Assembly (NCBI RefSeq): GCF_963921235.1
Contig: NC_086107.1
Location: forward strand, 101,310,001 to 101,374,000
Direction of reading: 5' to 3'
From: Mobula hypostoma
Lineage: Eukaryota
DNA length: 64,000 bases
Shown: in pieces, positions 52,031 through 62,770 of the stretch
Layout: the number at the start of each line of letters is the position of its first letter
Position numbering within the stretch: position 1 is the stretch's first letter
The notes under the pieces: model-generated
What the model saw: the letters and a program-made list of their open reading frames with translations, nothing else
Database searches by the model: none
Told to the model about the DNA's origin: nothing
Program-made: the position numbers and the translations under genes

Positions 52031-52474
52031 ATTATACTTCCTTAAGGAACCAGAATCGCATACTGGTGTGATCTTATCAAGGCCTATAGAATCGCAGTAA
52101 GTATCCCTCCCTATTTAATCAACTCCTCTTGCAAGAAAGGCCAACATGCAATTTGCCTTCCTAATTACCCACCGCTCCCCTATGATGGTTTCAGTGACTG
52201 ATGAACACAGACAAGGGATTCTGCAGATGCTGGAAATCCAGAGCAACATACACACACACACACAAAATGCTGGAGCAACTCAGCAGCTCAGGCAGCATCC
52301 ATGGAGAGGAATAAACAGTTGACCCTTTGGGTTGGGACCCTTTATCGGGACTCATTCAGTAACTGATGCTGATCAGCATCATTTCCCAGTCTCTCATTCG
52401 TCTAAAATAACATAGCATTCCTGCTTCGTCCACCAAAATGGAAACTTACTTACTGACTTATGCCCATTTTTTTT

Positions 52475-53022
52475 AGATTATGAGAACACTCGGTCCTCTT
52501 TTATTGTCGTTTAGAAATGCATACATGCACTAAGAAATGATACAATGTTTCTCCGGAGTGATATCACAGAAAACAGGACAAACCAAAGACTAACACTGAC
52601 AGAACCACGTAATTATAACATATAGTTACAGCAGTGCAAAGCAATACCATAATTTGATGAAGAACAGACCATGGGCACAGTAAAAAAATGTCTCAAAGTC
52701 CCCGAGTCGATCGACTCCCGAGTCCCCGATAGCAGGCGGCAAAAGGGAGAAACTCCCTGCCATAAACCTCCAGGCACCGGCAACTTGCCGATACCTTGGA
52801 AGCAGCCAACCACAGCCGACACTGAGTCCATCCGTCCAAAAACTTCGAGCTTCTGACCAGCCTCTCCGATACAGCCTCCCGAGCGCCATCCTCTGCCGAG
52901 CGCCTTCGACCTCTCCCCGGCCGCTGAAACACACAAAGCCGAGGATTTCGGGACCTTCAGCTGGGGAGATTCCGGTTACCACACAGTAGCAGCGGCAACG
53001 AAGCGAGCATTTCAGAAGTTTT
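52475..53022 (-). mobile_element. Non-autonomous retroelement (family of 25034-25680)
   Basis: Colinear similarity, including the tail. Confidence 0.7.
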
Positions 53023-53664
53023 CCATTACCCCTAATGGGCCATAGGCTGCCAGAATCCTCTGTCCTGGGTCAGTCTTTCATTCTGTCTCTAGGTGTAGCA
53101 CAACTTACATCTTCTAATTGAAGATCGTTCAGCTCCAGAGTTTTCGAGGTCTTTGGAGCTTCCGCTGGCATTTCTGTCGCACTGAAATTTTACAGGTTTG
53201 TTTGCCCGATGTCCAACTCACAACCAGACTTGGGACTGTCCATGGCAGAGTTGCCAAAGTGGATAACCTCACCTTATCTCACACAGTTAACCACTCATCT
53301 ATCTTACCCTTATCTGCTCAAAGCCTCTCTGCATCCTCACCCCCCCCACCCCCACTCTTGTCTTCACTTAGCTTAGTGTGATCTGAAAACTTGCAAAATT
53401 TCGAATGTGCTCTCCTCAGTCAGATTCTGGATTTAGATTGTGACTACTGTGGGCCAGGTACCCATCCCTGCACAGCCTCCCCAACAGGGTTTATCGCAGC
53501 AAATTAAATGTGAAGGTCCCCCTGCTTTTCTCTGACCCAGTCTCAATCCCATAAAAGTGCTCCCGTTTGCCTCTGCACCTTCCCAACCAGCACCCACCCC
53601 TCCCACTGTGATCCTCTCCACTGCAGGGACAACTTAAGGCCTTTTGAGTGACAGTAGCTAGAGT

Positions 53665-54290
53665 AATAGGGCAGAACAGCAAAGAAACAGGTCTGACCCA
53701 TCTAGTCCGTGATAAACTGTTGCACTGCCTGCTCTCATCAACCCACGCCTGGACCGTCACCCTCCACACCCTTCCCATCCATGAATTTATCCAAACTTCT
53801 CTTAAATGTTGCAGTTGATCCCGTATCCACCACTTCCACTGGCAGCTCAGTCCACCCTCTGAAAGAGGAAGTTTCCTCTCAGGTTCTCTTAAATATTTCA
53901 TCTTTCACCCTTATCTTATGACCCCTACTTTTAGCCTCAACCTCAGTGGAAAGAGCCTGCTTGCATTTCACCTAATTTTTTATAGCTGTATCAACACCCT
54001 CCACCATCTCCTGCACTCCAGGGATAAAAGATCCTAACCTTTCAACTCTTCCCTATAACTCGGGTCCTCAAGTGCCGGCAGCATCCTTGTAAATTTTCTC
54101 TGCACTCCTTCACTCTTATTGATATCTTTCCTGTAGGTGGGCGACCAGCACTGCACACAATGCTCCAAATTTGGCCTCACAACCATCTTATACAACTTCC
54201 ACATAACATCCCAACGCTGGTTTATGAAAGCCAGTGAGCCAAAAGCTCCTTTATGGCCCTGCCTGCCTGTGACGCCACCTTCAAGGAAAG
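53665..54290 (-). mobile_element. CR1 3' fragment
   Basis: Reverse-complement CR1 ORF2 C-terminus and 3' UTR. Confidence 0.75.
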
Positions 54291-55208
54291 TGGAACCATT
54301 CAGCTTGTGAGCTTCAACTACTCTTCGCCTGGAAGGGAATTGGTTTGTGCGTTTGCTCCATCCGCCTATCTAAAGAAAAGGCAGTCAGTCCCACTGGATG
54401 TTTGCGGAGGCATCCAGCATTTTGGAAGGAGGGGCCCCCACATATTGTGTCATGAAGTGCCCGACAATCCCCCTAACAATCTTGCTCTCATTGTTATTTA
54501 CATCAGTCCTGGAATCTCCCACCACCACAGGAAATGATTCCTCGCCATCAAACCTATTTAACCTTTTAATCACCTCAAACAACTCACTCAGGCAGCCTCT
54601 TAATCTTCTCTACCAGGGTGGGTGTTGGCGGGGGGGGGGGGATGCAAAAGGAGTTGCTGGAGATCCCAGGTCTGATCCTGACCTCAGGTACTGTCTGTAT
54701 GGAGTCTGCACGTTCTCCCTGTAACCACACAGCTTTTCCTTGGGCGCTCCAGTTTCCTCTCGTGTCCCAAAGACAAGCGGATCATTAGCCTTTTCATACA
54801 GGGGAATGGTAGAATTTGGGAGAGTTGCTGGGAATGTGAGGAGATTGATATAATGGGTGTTGATGGTTGGCATAGACTTAGTGGGCCGAAGAGGCTGCTT
54901 CTTGTGCTCTCTCTCTCGATAACTCTGTGGGTTGTAGGTCCAGTGAAAAGTTGAAGTGACAGACAGATTCCTACAGCCAACAGACGCCAAGGATCCCCAC
55001 CTGATTTATAAAAGTGAAATGCCAGGGTCCACATTCGTTGCCAGATGCAGACCTGAGCTATAGACTTCCCATGCTATCCAAAGGCTGTGAGGACATTGTC
55101 CACCATCTAGTCTGTGTCTTTGCAGACATTTACCTTCTCAGCCTGACTGCGTAAATGCTCAAAGGAGCCTGGATAAAAATTTGCAAAAGATAAAAGGATG
55201 TTCTAAAG

Positions 55209-55288
55209 CAGGGGTTCCCAACCTGAGGTCCGTGGACCCCTCAGTTGATGGTAAGCTTCCATGGCAAAAAAATGGTTGGGAACCCCTG
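55209..55288. mobile_element. 80-bp hAT (Charlie-like) MITE
   Basis: 15-bp perfect TIR caggggttcccaacc/ggttgggaacccctg. Perfect 8-bp TSD TTCTAAAG at 55201-08 and 55289-96. Confidence 0.92.
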
Positions 55289-56184
55289 TTCTAAAGCCTC
55301 CTTGATGAAATACAACATCCCCACCGTTTCTTGTAAACCTCTGGCCCCAGTGGAAGAGCAGTCGGCATGATTTTGAGAACTTCGGGTCCGTGCAACAGGA
55401 GTCCATCAATGGCCAGCATAAATGTCAGTACACTCCTTACCAAACTACCCACACAACCTTCTCCCACCTGTGCAGGTCGAACTATAGCCTGGTAAGCCCC
55501 CTTAGAAATGGAGGGGAAGCTAGTCACCCTCAGGACCACCTGACAGGAATGGATTGGCATTTAGCTTCACATTAGGCTGTCCATGGCCGCAACAAGAGAC
55601 TATTCAGCCTGTTGAGCCTGCTGTCCCCTTCCCTTGGCTCATGCCTGATCTTGCTTCACTTCCATTTGACTTTGCACCATTTCTCGTTACCCATGTACAT
55701 CAAAGCTCTGTCCATGAGGGTCTTGACCCCAACCAACCTTAGCCTTGGAGCAAGCTGAGGTTCTTCCAAACAAGCTGCTCAGAATATTTGAAGGGGCTTA
55801 TAAATCCCCCCTCCCCAGTATCTTGCTTTCCAGAATCAGGGGTGGAGGTGGAAGCATTGATAGGCCTCTCCAGGATGATTGAAAGGAAGGATCACAAGAC
55901 GTCAACACAAGAGATTGCAGATACTGAAAATCCAGAGTAACATACACAAAAATGTTGGAACTCACCAGGTCAAGCAGCATCAATGGAAAGGAATATACAG
56001 TTGACATTTTGGGCCTTCATTCCAGATGGAGGATCTTGGCCCAAAACATTTACTGTTCATTCCTTTCCAGAGACGCTGCCTGGCCTGATGAGTTCCTTCT
56101 ATAGAAGACGTCCAATTCTACAGGAGTTCTGATAAGCCAATATTGAGGCTTTAAACAAGAGAAAATCTGCAGATGCTGGAAATC

Positions 56185-56392
56185 CAAGCAACGCACACAC
56201 ATCGGAGGAACTCAGCAGGCCAGGCAAGATCTATGGAAAAGAGTACAGTTGACGTTTCGGGCCAAGACCCTTCATCAGGAGATGAGAAGTCCTGATGAAG
56301 GGTTTTGGCCCAAAACGTTGACTGTTTACCCTTTTCCATCGATACTGCCTGGCCAGCTGAGATCCTCCAGCGATTTGTGTGTGCGTTGCTTG
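56185..56392. repeat. Inverted pair of Penelope pLTR fragments (~100-bp arms, 9-nt spacer), each with a hammerhead-type motif
   Basis: ...gacgtttcgggccaagacccttcatcagga-gatgagaag-tcctgatgaagggttttggcccaaaacgtt... A more decayed inverted pair lies at ~55905-56100. Confidence 0.85.
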
Positions 56393-56574
56393 AATGTTAA
56401 AGCTTCGTTCCCTTCCCTTCTTAATGATAAAAGGCAAATGAAGACCTCCATTTTGACCCTCCCCCCAGTCTATCAAATGGGAATCCAAATACACAGGATA
56501 CTTCAAGCCTACAAACAAAACCAGTTAACACTAAAAAAAGGATGCAACAGGCCACATAATTGCATGGATTCCAT

Positions 56575-56580
56575 TTTATT
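56575..56580 (-). terminator. Candidate polyadenylation signal of H1.0
   Basis: First AATAAA on the minus strand, ~250 nt after the stop. No histone stem-loop seen after the stop. Confidence 0.6.
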
Positions 56581-56831
56581 TGAAACTTAAAGACAGTAAT
56601 TGGATTCATAAGAAATTAATTTTCCAATGCATGGCTAAGCTCAATTAACCAATGTTGTACATAAAAGCATGATATGAAAATGACTACAAAATATAGCAAA
56701 TGTCAACAATGCTAGCATTACTCATTTGCATTCACCTCAGTAAAAGATCAAACAAAATTTGATAAAAAAATTAAAACAACTATATACAGAAATGGCTAAA
56801 GTCTGTATTACTGCTTGTCTGGCGAACTCAT

Positions 56832-57425
56832 TCACTTCTTTTTGGAAGCCATTTTCTTTACACTGGTTTTGGCTCGCGGCTTGGTGGTTTTTGCCTTCTT
56901 GGTGTTTCTCTTAACCGCCTTTGCCTTCACCGCCTTCGTTTTCACTGGTTTTGCTTTCTTTGCACCTTTGGGTGTTCCTGCCTCCTTCTTCACTGCCTTG
57001 TGCACCTTGACCTTCTTGGTTTTAGCCAACGGCTTAGCTGGCTTCTTGGCTTTGGCTGGCTTCTTGGGTTTGGCTGGCTTCTTGCTTAAGATGGACTTCT
57101 TCACCGGCTTCTTCACCTTTTTAACCGCCTTCTGGGGCTCCCCGCTCTTGGAGATCTTGAAGGACCCTGAGGCACCAACTCCTTTTGTCTTCTCCAGAAC
57201 CCCCTTGGTCACCAGCTTCATGAGTGACAGTTTGATCTGACTGTCTGCGTTGTCTGCCAGCTTGTACTGGCTTTTGACCAGCTTTTGGATGGCTTGGCGG
57301 GATAGTCCTGAGCGGCTGCTGGAGCCCATGATCACCCCAGTGATCATCTCGGAGTACTTGGGGTGTGTGGGGGTTTTCTTTGCTGCTTTGCCCCGTTTGG
57401 GCTTTGAAGCTGAGTTGTCAGTCAT
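56832..57425 (-). CDS. H1-0: Linker histone H1.0 (H1F0/H5 family), 197 aa, intronless
   Basis: [21 protein letters not shown]...[43 protein letters not shown], followed by a K/A/P-rich tail ending [13 protein letters not shown] and KGVGASGSF are diagnostic for H1.0/H5. The ATG at 57425 has A at -3. Confidence 0.96.
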   Translation of the reverse strand: MTDNSASKPKRGKAAKKTPTHPKYSEMITGVIMGSSSRSGLSRQAIQKLVKSQYKLADNADSQIKLSLMKLVTKGVLEKTKGVGASGSFKISKSGEPQKAVKKVKKPVKKSILSKKPAKPKKPAKAKKPAKPLAKTKKVKVHKAVKKEAGTPKGAKKAKPVKTKAVKAKAVKRNTKKAKTTKPRAKTSVKKMASKKK

Positions 57426-57566
57426 TGTGATCACAGACCTCTTTTTGTTTTCTTGTTAGTTGTGATCAGCACCGTTGAGTTAGACGGGCCGCCTGTCAGC
57501 GCCAACCTCTCCACCCTTCCCACTTCGGCTCCAAGTCCCCGTCTGCGGCGCTGGCTGACGCGGGGA

Positions 57567-57573
57567 ATTTATA
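57567..57573 (-). promoter_or_regulatory. H1.0 TATA box
   Basis: TATAAAT ~140 nt upstream of the ATG. Confidence 0.85.
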
Positions 57574-57583
57574 GGCTAAGCGC

Positions 57584-57595
57584 GGACCTGATTGA
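57584..57595 (-). promoter_or_regulatory. H4 box (H4 site II-like) of the H1.0 promoter
   Basis: TCAATCAGGTCC immediately 5' of TATA, the hallmark that replaces CCAAT in H1.0/H5 promoters. Confidence 0.85.
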
Positions 57596-57651
57596 GAACA
57601 GCGGCTGTTGGCAGCAATGGAGAGGCAGAAATGGCGAATTGCACTCGCATC

Positions 57652-57658
57652 TGTGTTT
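57652..57658 (-). promoter_or_regulatory. H1 box (AC box)
   Basis: AAACACA ~80 nt 5' of TATA. Confidence 0.85.
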
Positions 57659-57994
57659 CTTCGCTCGCAGAAACGGCCGAGCCCAGCCTTTTCCCAGCGC
57701 TTCCCGTTCAACGCGCCCGATCCCCCCGCAAGCCAACTCCCTGCTCTCTTCCCCACTCTGCAAACCGGGGCTCTTCGCCGCCCGGCAACGCTGCAATCGG
57801 TGCAAAAGTGCGCCGGGACTTTGCAGCCGCTTGCAAGATTTGGGATTTCTGCTCAAAAATCTGGAGATCGCGGCGGCCGATTGTCCCGGTCCAAATTGCA
57901 ACGGGGGGAGCAATGCTTAATGAGACGGGGGAGGGCCGGGTGGCAGGGTTTGGTCGCCGTGTCTTTGAATAATAAGCCCATAATGACGGCCAAC

Positions 57995-58001
57995 TAACAC
58001 A
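57995..58001 (-). promoter_or_regulatory. H1 TG box (upstream conserved element)
   Basis: TGTGTTA, 343 bp upstream of the AC box and an imperfect inverted copy of it. Confidence 0.75.
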
Positions 58002-60319
58002 CAACCGAGCCCCGCGCCGGTCGCTGAGAGTCGCGTAATGTAGATTCACCGAGGGCTTTATTTTCGCGTCCATTTTGGGGGGGTAGATGCTGAGGGTCGG
58101 TGCTTTGGGGAGGGGGGACCCATTAGTTGTTCTTTTGCTCCAAGTAGCCACTCAAGGGGCAGAATAACGGACGGAGAGTGACTCCGAGGTGCGGAGGCTA
58201 TATATAGCCTAAAGGGAGCTGTTGTTTTCACTTTAGCTTAAACCCATGGGGTCGTTGGTGCTTGTTGCCGTTGGGAGTCCGGCAGAGTCAGATGCTAAAT
58301 AAAGGGTCTTCGGTGAGAGTGATTGGGTAGGTTTTGCCCTGGCGTGTTTTTTTTTGTTTGGGGTTGTAAAGTAAGACGCACGATACCGTTGCTCCCGCTG
58401 TTTGACTCGTGTTGACCCCCCTAGACTGACCTGGGCTAAAATAAACACTGGGCTTCTCGGGGTTTAGGGTAAAATGGGGGTCTATTCTCATAACCCGTGC
58501 TTTGACAGAGTTGAGGTTCCGGGATCTAGAGACGGGATTGAAAAGTTTTTCATATAAGTTTCTCTTCCACTCCTCCCCCTTCCACCCCGCTTTCTTTCTC
58601 GTGTCTGGTTGACAGATAACATCACGTTCGCCATTTTAGCTTATTTGCTCCCCTTTAACCCACCTCGCCACCACACACACGCACACCTTCCATTTGGGGT
58701 TCAGGGCATGGGCTGAGCAGGGGGATCGGCGACCTGCCGTTCGCCCAGCCGGAACAATGGTGGACCGGTTGCACACAGGGCGACACCTCCCTGCCCCCGG
58801 CTGCTCTACACGGAGCTTTCAGATACTTTTGAATTGAACTTTGATTTTTTTTACACCGCTGACGATGAAGGGGCAGCTCCCTGAGTGCGAACCCAGCCTT
58901 CACCCCGCCTCACTCGGGGTTGGGGCGAGTACTTGCCACCTTTCTGAGCGGCAGCGAGAACCTCGCAGGATTTGACCCTAACCCACACTCAACGATCCCG
59001 AAACAGCTCCTTCCCTTCCGTCATCAAATTCCCTTTCGTCTATTTACTATCATTTGCAGTAAATTTATGTCTTTGCGCGGTACTGCTGCCGCAGATCAAC
59101 AAATGTCACGTCATGTAAGTCGGTACTGTACTAATAAACCTGATTCTGATTCTGAGCGGGCGAAAGTAAAAGGGCTGGGCCGGCTCCAGAGAGTTTTGTT
59201 CCGCCCGCCGGCAGGCCAGGGCGCAAGGCCGTTCGGCCCGTACAACCTACGCCCCCCTGCGAGCCCCCCCACCCCCCGTGTCTCGCTTCTTGCAGACTTC
59301 GCAAGAAGAAAGAATGTTAGTTAAACAGCGAGAGCCCGGCGGTTTGCAATTTCATTCGGTTTGGCAGCGCCTTTGTTTGACGGTCTCCGATCGTGGCCAC
59401 AACTTCTGAAATAAAAGTGCGGAAGTGCCGCAAACGGGGTGGGCGATCGGACCCCGGACACTCACAGCCAATGTTGTTGACATTCCTTGAGGTGGGTTCA
59501 GCCTGTGAACGTTACACTGACTGAACCCGGGCGCAATATTTCATCCGCTGCATTAATCTGTAGTTTAACCGTTTTACCCAAGTTAGGGAGCAAACAAGAA
59601 ATGTGGCTGCTCGGAGGAGGGGGGGTATTTTAATACTGATTTTAAAAATGAATTTAACCCCCTCTGGTGAAGATCAGTGACGTTGAACTCATAAGCAAAT
59701 GTAAATTAGTTTATAGGAATCAGACTTCGTTGTTCTTTATTACGTTATTTAAGAGAAGCAACAAACAAAATGCCGGTGGAACTCTTTGGTTCCGGTAGCA
59801 TCTCCGGAGGGAAATGAATTGGGTCGAGATCCTTCATCGGGATTTCAAAGAGCCCGATCCCAGCTCCCGTACTTCAATGAGCGGAAAATTTCCCGCAACA
59901 AAGCCGAACTACATCGAGTCTCCCAATGTGTACGGCTCGGCTCCCCGCGACGCATCCGCAAATATTAAGCGAAGGGACGCCGCTAGATCAGTGCACACCT
60001 GTTGGGGAGTTGCATTGCGCAGCTTAAATCGAAATCGTACAAGTTATTAACTTCCCAGATGTGCCGGATGAAAAAAAATGTTAATTTTCTGGTTCTTTCA
60101 CGCCCTCTACTGGCGAAGCCGGGTATTTCGGGTTTCAGTCCCGTTTATAAACGCGGCCGAAAGGCAGCATCGCCGACTGCGCCGTACTCTCTCAACCACT
60201 GCGTGGGTCTTTACCCTCAAGTACTCCTGTATGAGGCTTCAACCAATACCCTGTGAGTCAGAAAATGCTGCCACTAAGTCAAAGCGGCAACAATTTTCAA
60301 TAACTTCTCGTTTTTCTAA

Positions 60320-60935
60320 AACTTTGACAAACTTCTATAGTTGTGTAGTGGATAGTATATCGACTGGTATGGGAGCACCAATGCCCTTCAACAGAAAATC
60401 CTACAAGAAGTTGTAAATACAGCCCAGTCCATTCACGGGCAAAGCCCTCCCCACTATTGAGCACATCTACGTGAGAGTTGTCGCAGAAATGCAGCTTCCA
60501 TCATCAGGGACCCCACCCCCCAAGGGCATGCTCTCTTCTCCCTGCTGCCTTTAGGAAGAAGGTACAGGAATCTCAGGACTCACACCACCAGCTCCAGGAA
60601 CACTTACTACCCGTCAACCATCAGACACTCCACTTCACTTGCCCCATCATTGAAATGTCCCTACAACCGATGGACTCACTTTTAAGGTCTCTTCATCTCA
60701 TGTTATCGACATTTATTTATTTAATAATAATAATAATAATTTTTTTCTTTCTTTTTGTATGTACACAGTTTGTAGTCTTTTGCGCACTGTTTGAACGCCC
60801 AAATTGGTGAGGTCTTTCATTGATTCTATTATGGTTATTACTCTATTACAGATTTATTGCGTATGCCCACAAGAAAATGAATCTCAGGGTTGTATATGGT
60901 GACTTTAATAATAAATTTACTTTTGAACTTTGAAT
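60320..60935 (+). mobile_element. Rex1/Babar-type LINE 3' fragment
   Basis: Colinear with 3950-4400, plus 3' UTR. Confidence 0.8.
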
Positions 60936-61359
60936 CCTCTTTGACAATTATGAAGAATCTGTTGTATCGATTTATTTTGTGTGTGTTGTATCGATTTATT
61001 TAACTGCTGTTAAGATTTTTTTTTCAGAACTATTTTTTCCAAATGGGCGTAGGAGGCACTAATATCTCCCAGGATGTATTTAAAATAAATAACACCAAAA
61101 TAAAAGTCGCTGAACTCAACCGTCGTGTTGCAATTTATCCCTCGCAGCAGACTTTCATTGGTGGAGTCTACCCCATCAAATGTGTCAAGTTGAAAGGTGC
61201 CTTTACTTATACCGTACTGAGTTTGCTTGTTCATAGCGCTGCGAGGCTGGAGTTAACTTTTAGCCAATTACATTATACTGAGCAAATTCGTTGTATGTTC
61301 CATTATAAACCCAGGTACAGCCTTTTTTTTCTGTTCAAACTCATTTCCTGCTATAAACA

Positions 61360-61620
61360 GTGGCGCCTGCAGACGGCGCTACTCGGTCGGAAGTGGTCAC
61401 GGTTCACCACGGAGCGCAGTGTTCCCAACTTGTCCGAACATCGCCCGAAGCCTCCCACCACCGGCGGCGCTAAGGAGAGGGCGCCCAGTTCCTGGCCGTA
61501 CGGAGTATGAAGTCTGCCGGCGCATGACGCATGCGCAGTTTGGGAGCTGTGGCTCAGCGAATAGCGTTCAGACGGAGAGTTGTGAGTTCGAGTCCAGGTC
61601 TGGGCAAGAGGGAGTGCAGG
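61360..61620. promoter_or_regulatory. Housekeeping-type CpG promoter candidate
   Basis: ETS/GABP cggaagtg at 61388-95, CRE half-site with NRF1-like acgcatgcgca at 61527-37, plus-strand donor gtgagt at 61582. Confidence 0.55.
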
Positions 61621-62139
61621 ATTTGAGATTGATTGTATGGGTAGGCTGTTCTTCGTTTATTGAGCTGTTGTAGGATTAGGATTGTCCTTTGCCAGACAGT
61701 GGTTTCAGAACTCTGAACTGTCCTGTTCTCATTACGGACTAATGTTCGTAGACTGCGTACCTCGGATTGGGAAAATACACCGGATTTCATAATAGTGAGA
61801 CAATCCCCTATTTAAACAAATGTAAGAATAGGACTTCTAGCGACCTTGGCTGCAGTGTTGGAGGCACTGACTTTGAGATGAGATAACACTGCCGGCTCCG
61901 TCGGGTATGTAAAGGATCCCTGGCTGAGGAAAAGCTATGGCAGTTTACTCTCAATATGAAAATACTGTGAAAGAAAAACAGTAGCGTAGTGGTAGGCATA
62001 ACTCTCTACTGAGGAGTAGTTTCCACATTCTCCCCGTCACCGTGTGCGTTATTGTCAGTGGTGGAAGCATGGCGGCATTTGCGGGCTGCCCCCAGCGCAC
62101 CCTCAGATTGTGTTGGTCATCGGCGCAAACGATGCATTT

Positions 62140-62770
62140 TTATTTTGTCCGGTGCTCCCACTGCGGCCTCCACTACGTTGGCGAGCCCCGTCGTAAATTG
62201 GAGGACCGCTTGGTCGGGCACCTCCCGCTCCACCCGCCAAAAGCGGAGCGTCCCGGTGGGCAGCCATTTTAATTCCGATTCCCATTTCCGTCCCGCCATG
62301 TCGGTCCATCAGGCTAGCGACGCGACACTTAATATTTCGTCTGGGCACCCTCAACCTGGTGGCATAATTATCGATTTCTCCTTCCTGTAAAAAAAATCCC
62401 ACCTCCCCTCTTCCTTTATTCCCCACTCTGGCCTTCTCACCTGCCTTCCCCATGGGTCCCCCTCCTCCTTCCCTTTCTCCTATGGTCCACTCTCCTGTCC
62501 TATCAGATTCCTTCCTCTCCAGCCCTTTACCTTTCCTACTCACCCTGCTTCACCTATCACCTTCTAGGTAGCATCACCTTCTTCCCCTCACAGCCCCCCC
62601 CACCTTTTAATACTGGAGCCTTCCCCCCTTCCTTTCCAGCCGTGAAGAAGAGTCTTGGCCCCAAACATCAACTATCCATTGATGCTGCCTGACCTGCTGT
62701 GTTCCTCCATCATTTTTGTTTCTGTAACGCTTTGGATTTCCAGCACCTGGAGACTTTCTAGTGTGTACGT
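62140..62770 (+). mobile_element. Penelope-like element 3' part (GIY-YIG fragment and pLTR)
   Basis: FYFVRCSHCGLHYVGEPRRKLEDRLVGHL matches the PLE GIY-YIG motif with its CxxC. Confidence 0.8.

Larger units (their letters stand above)
57480..60260. promoter_or_regulatory. CpG-island-like region upstream of H1.0
   Basis: CpG-dense and largely transposon-free. YY1 cgccatttt at 58629-37, ETS cggaagtg at 59420-27, E2F-like dyad at 59881-96. Confidence 0.7.

Noticed and set aside
1..56000. Exons of GCAT, the downstream neighbour of H1-0 in mammals
   Set aside because: No recognisable peptide motifs in the ORF track or in the unique segments I translated. Short exons could have been missed; a TBLASTN search would settle it.
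56780..56831. Replication-dependent histone stem-loop
   Set aside because: No GGYYYTTYTNARRRCC after the stop, which is consistent with polyadenylated H1.0.
56815..57240. 141-aa hydrophobic plus-strand ORF
   Set aside because: Antisense shadow of the lysine-rich H1.0 codons.
57426..57434. ORF-track N-terminal extension (MIT) of H1.0
   Set aside because: It starts at GTG. The homologous start is the ATG at 57425 (MTDNS, matching MTENS).
58230..58355. Pol III type-3 small RNA after the palindromic TATA
   Set aside because: No clear PSE, an internal TTTT, and no similarity that I recognise to U6, 7SK, Y, vault, MRP or TERC RNAs.
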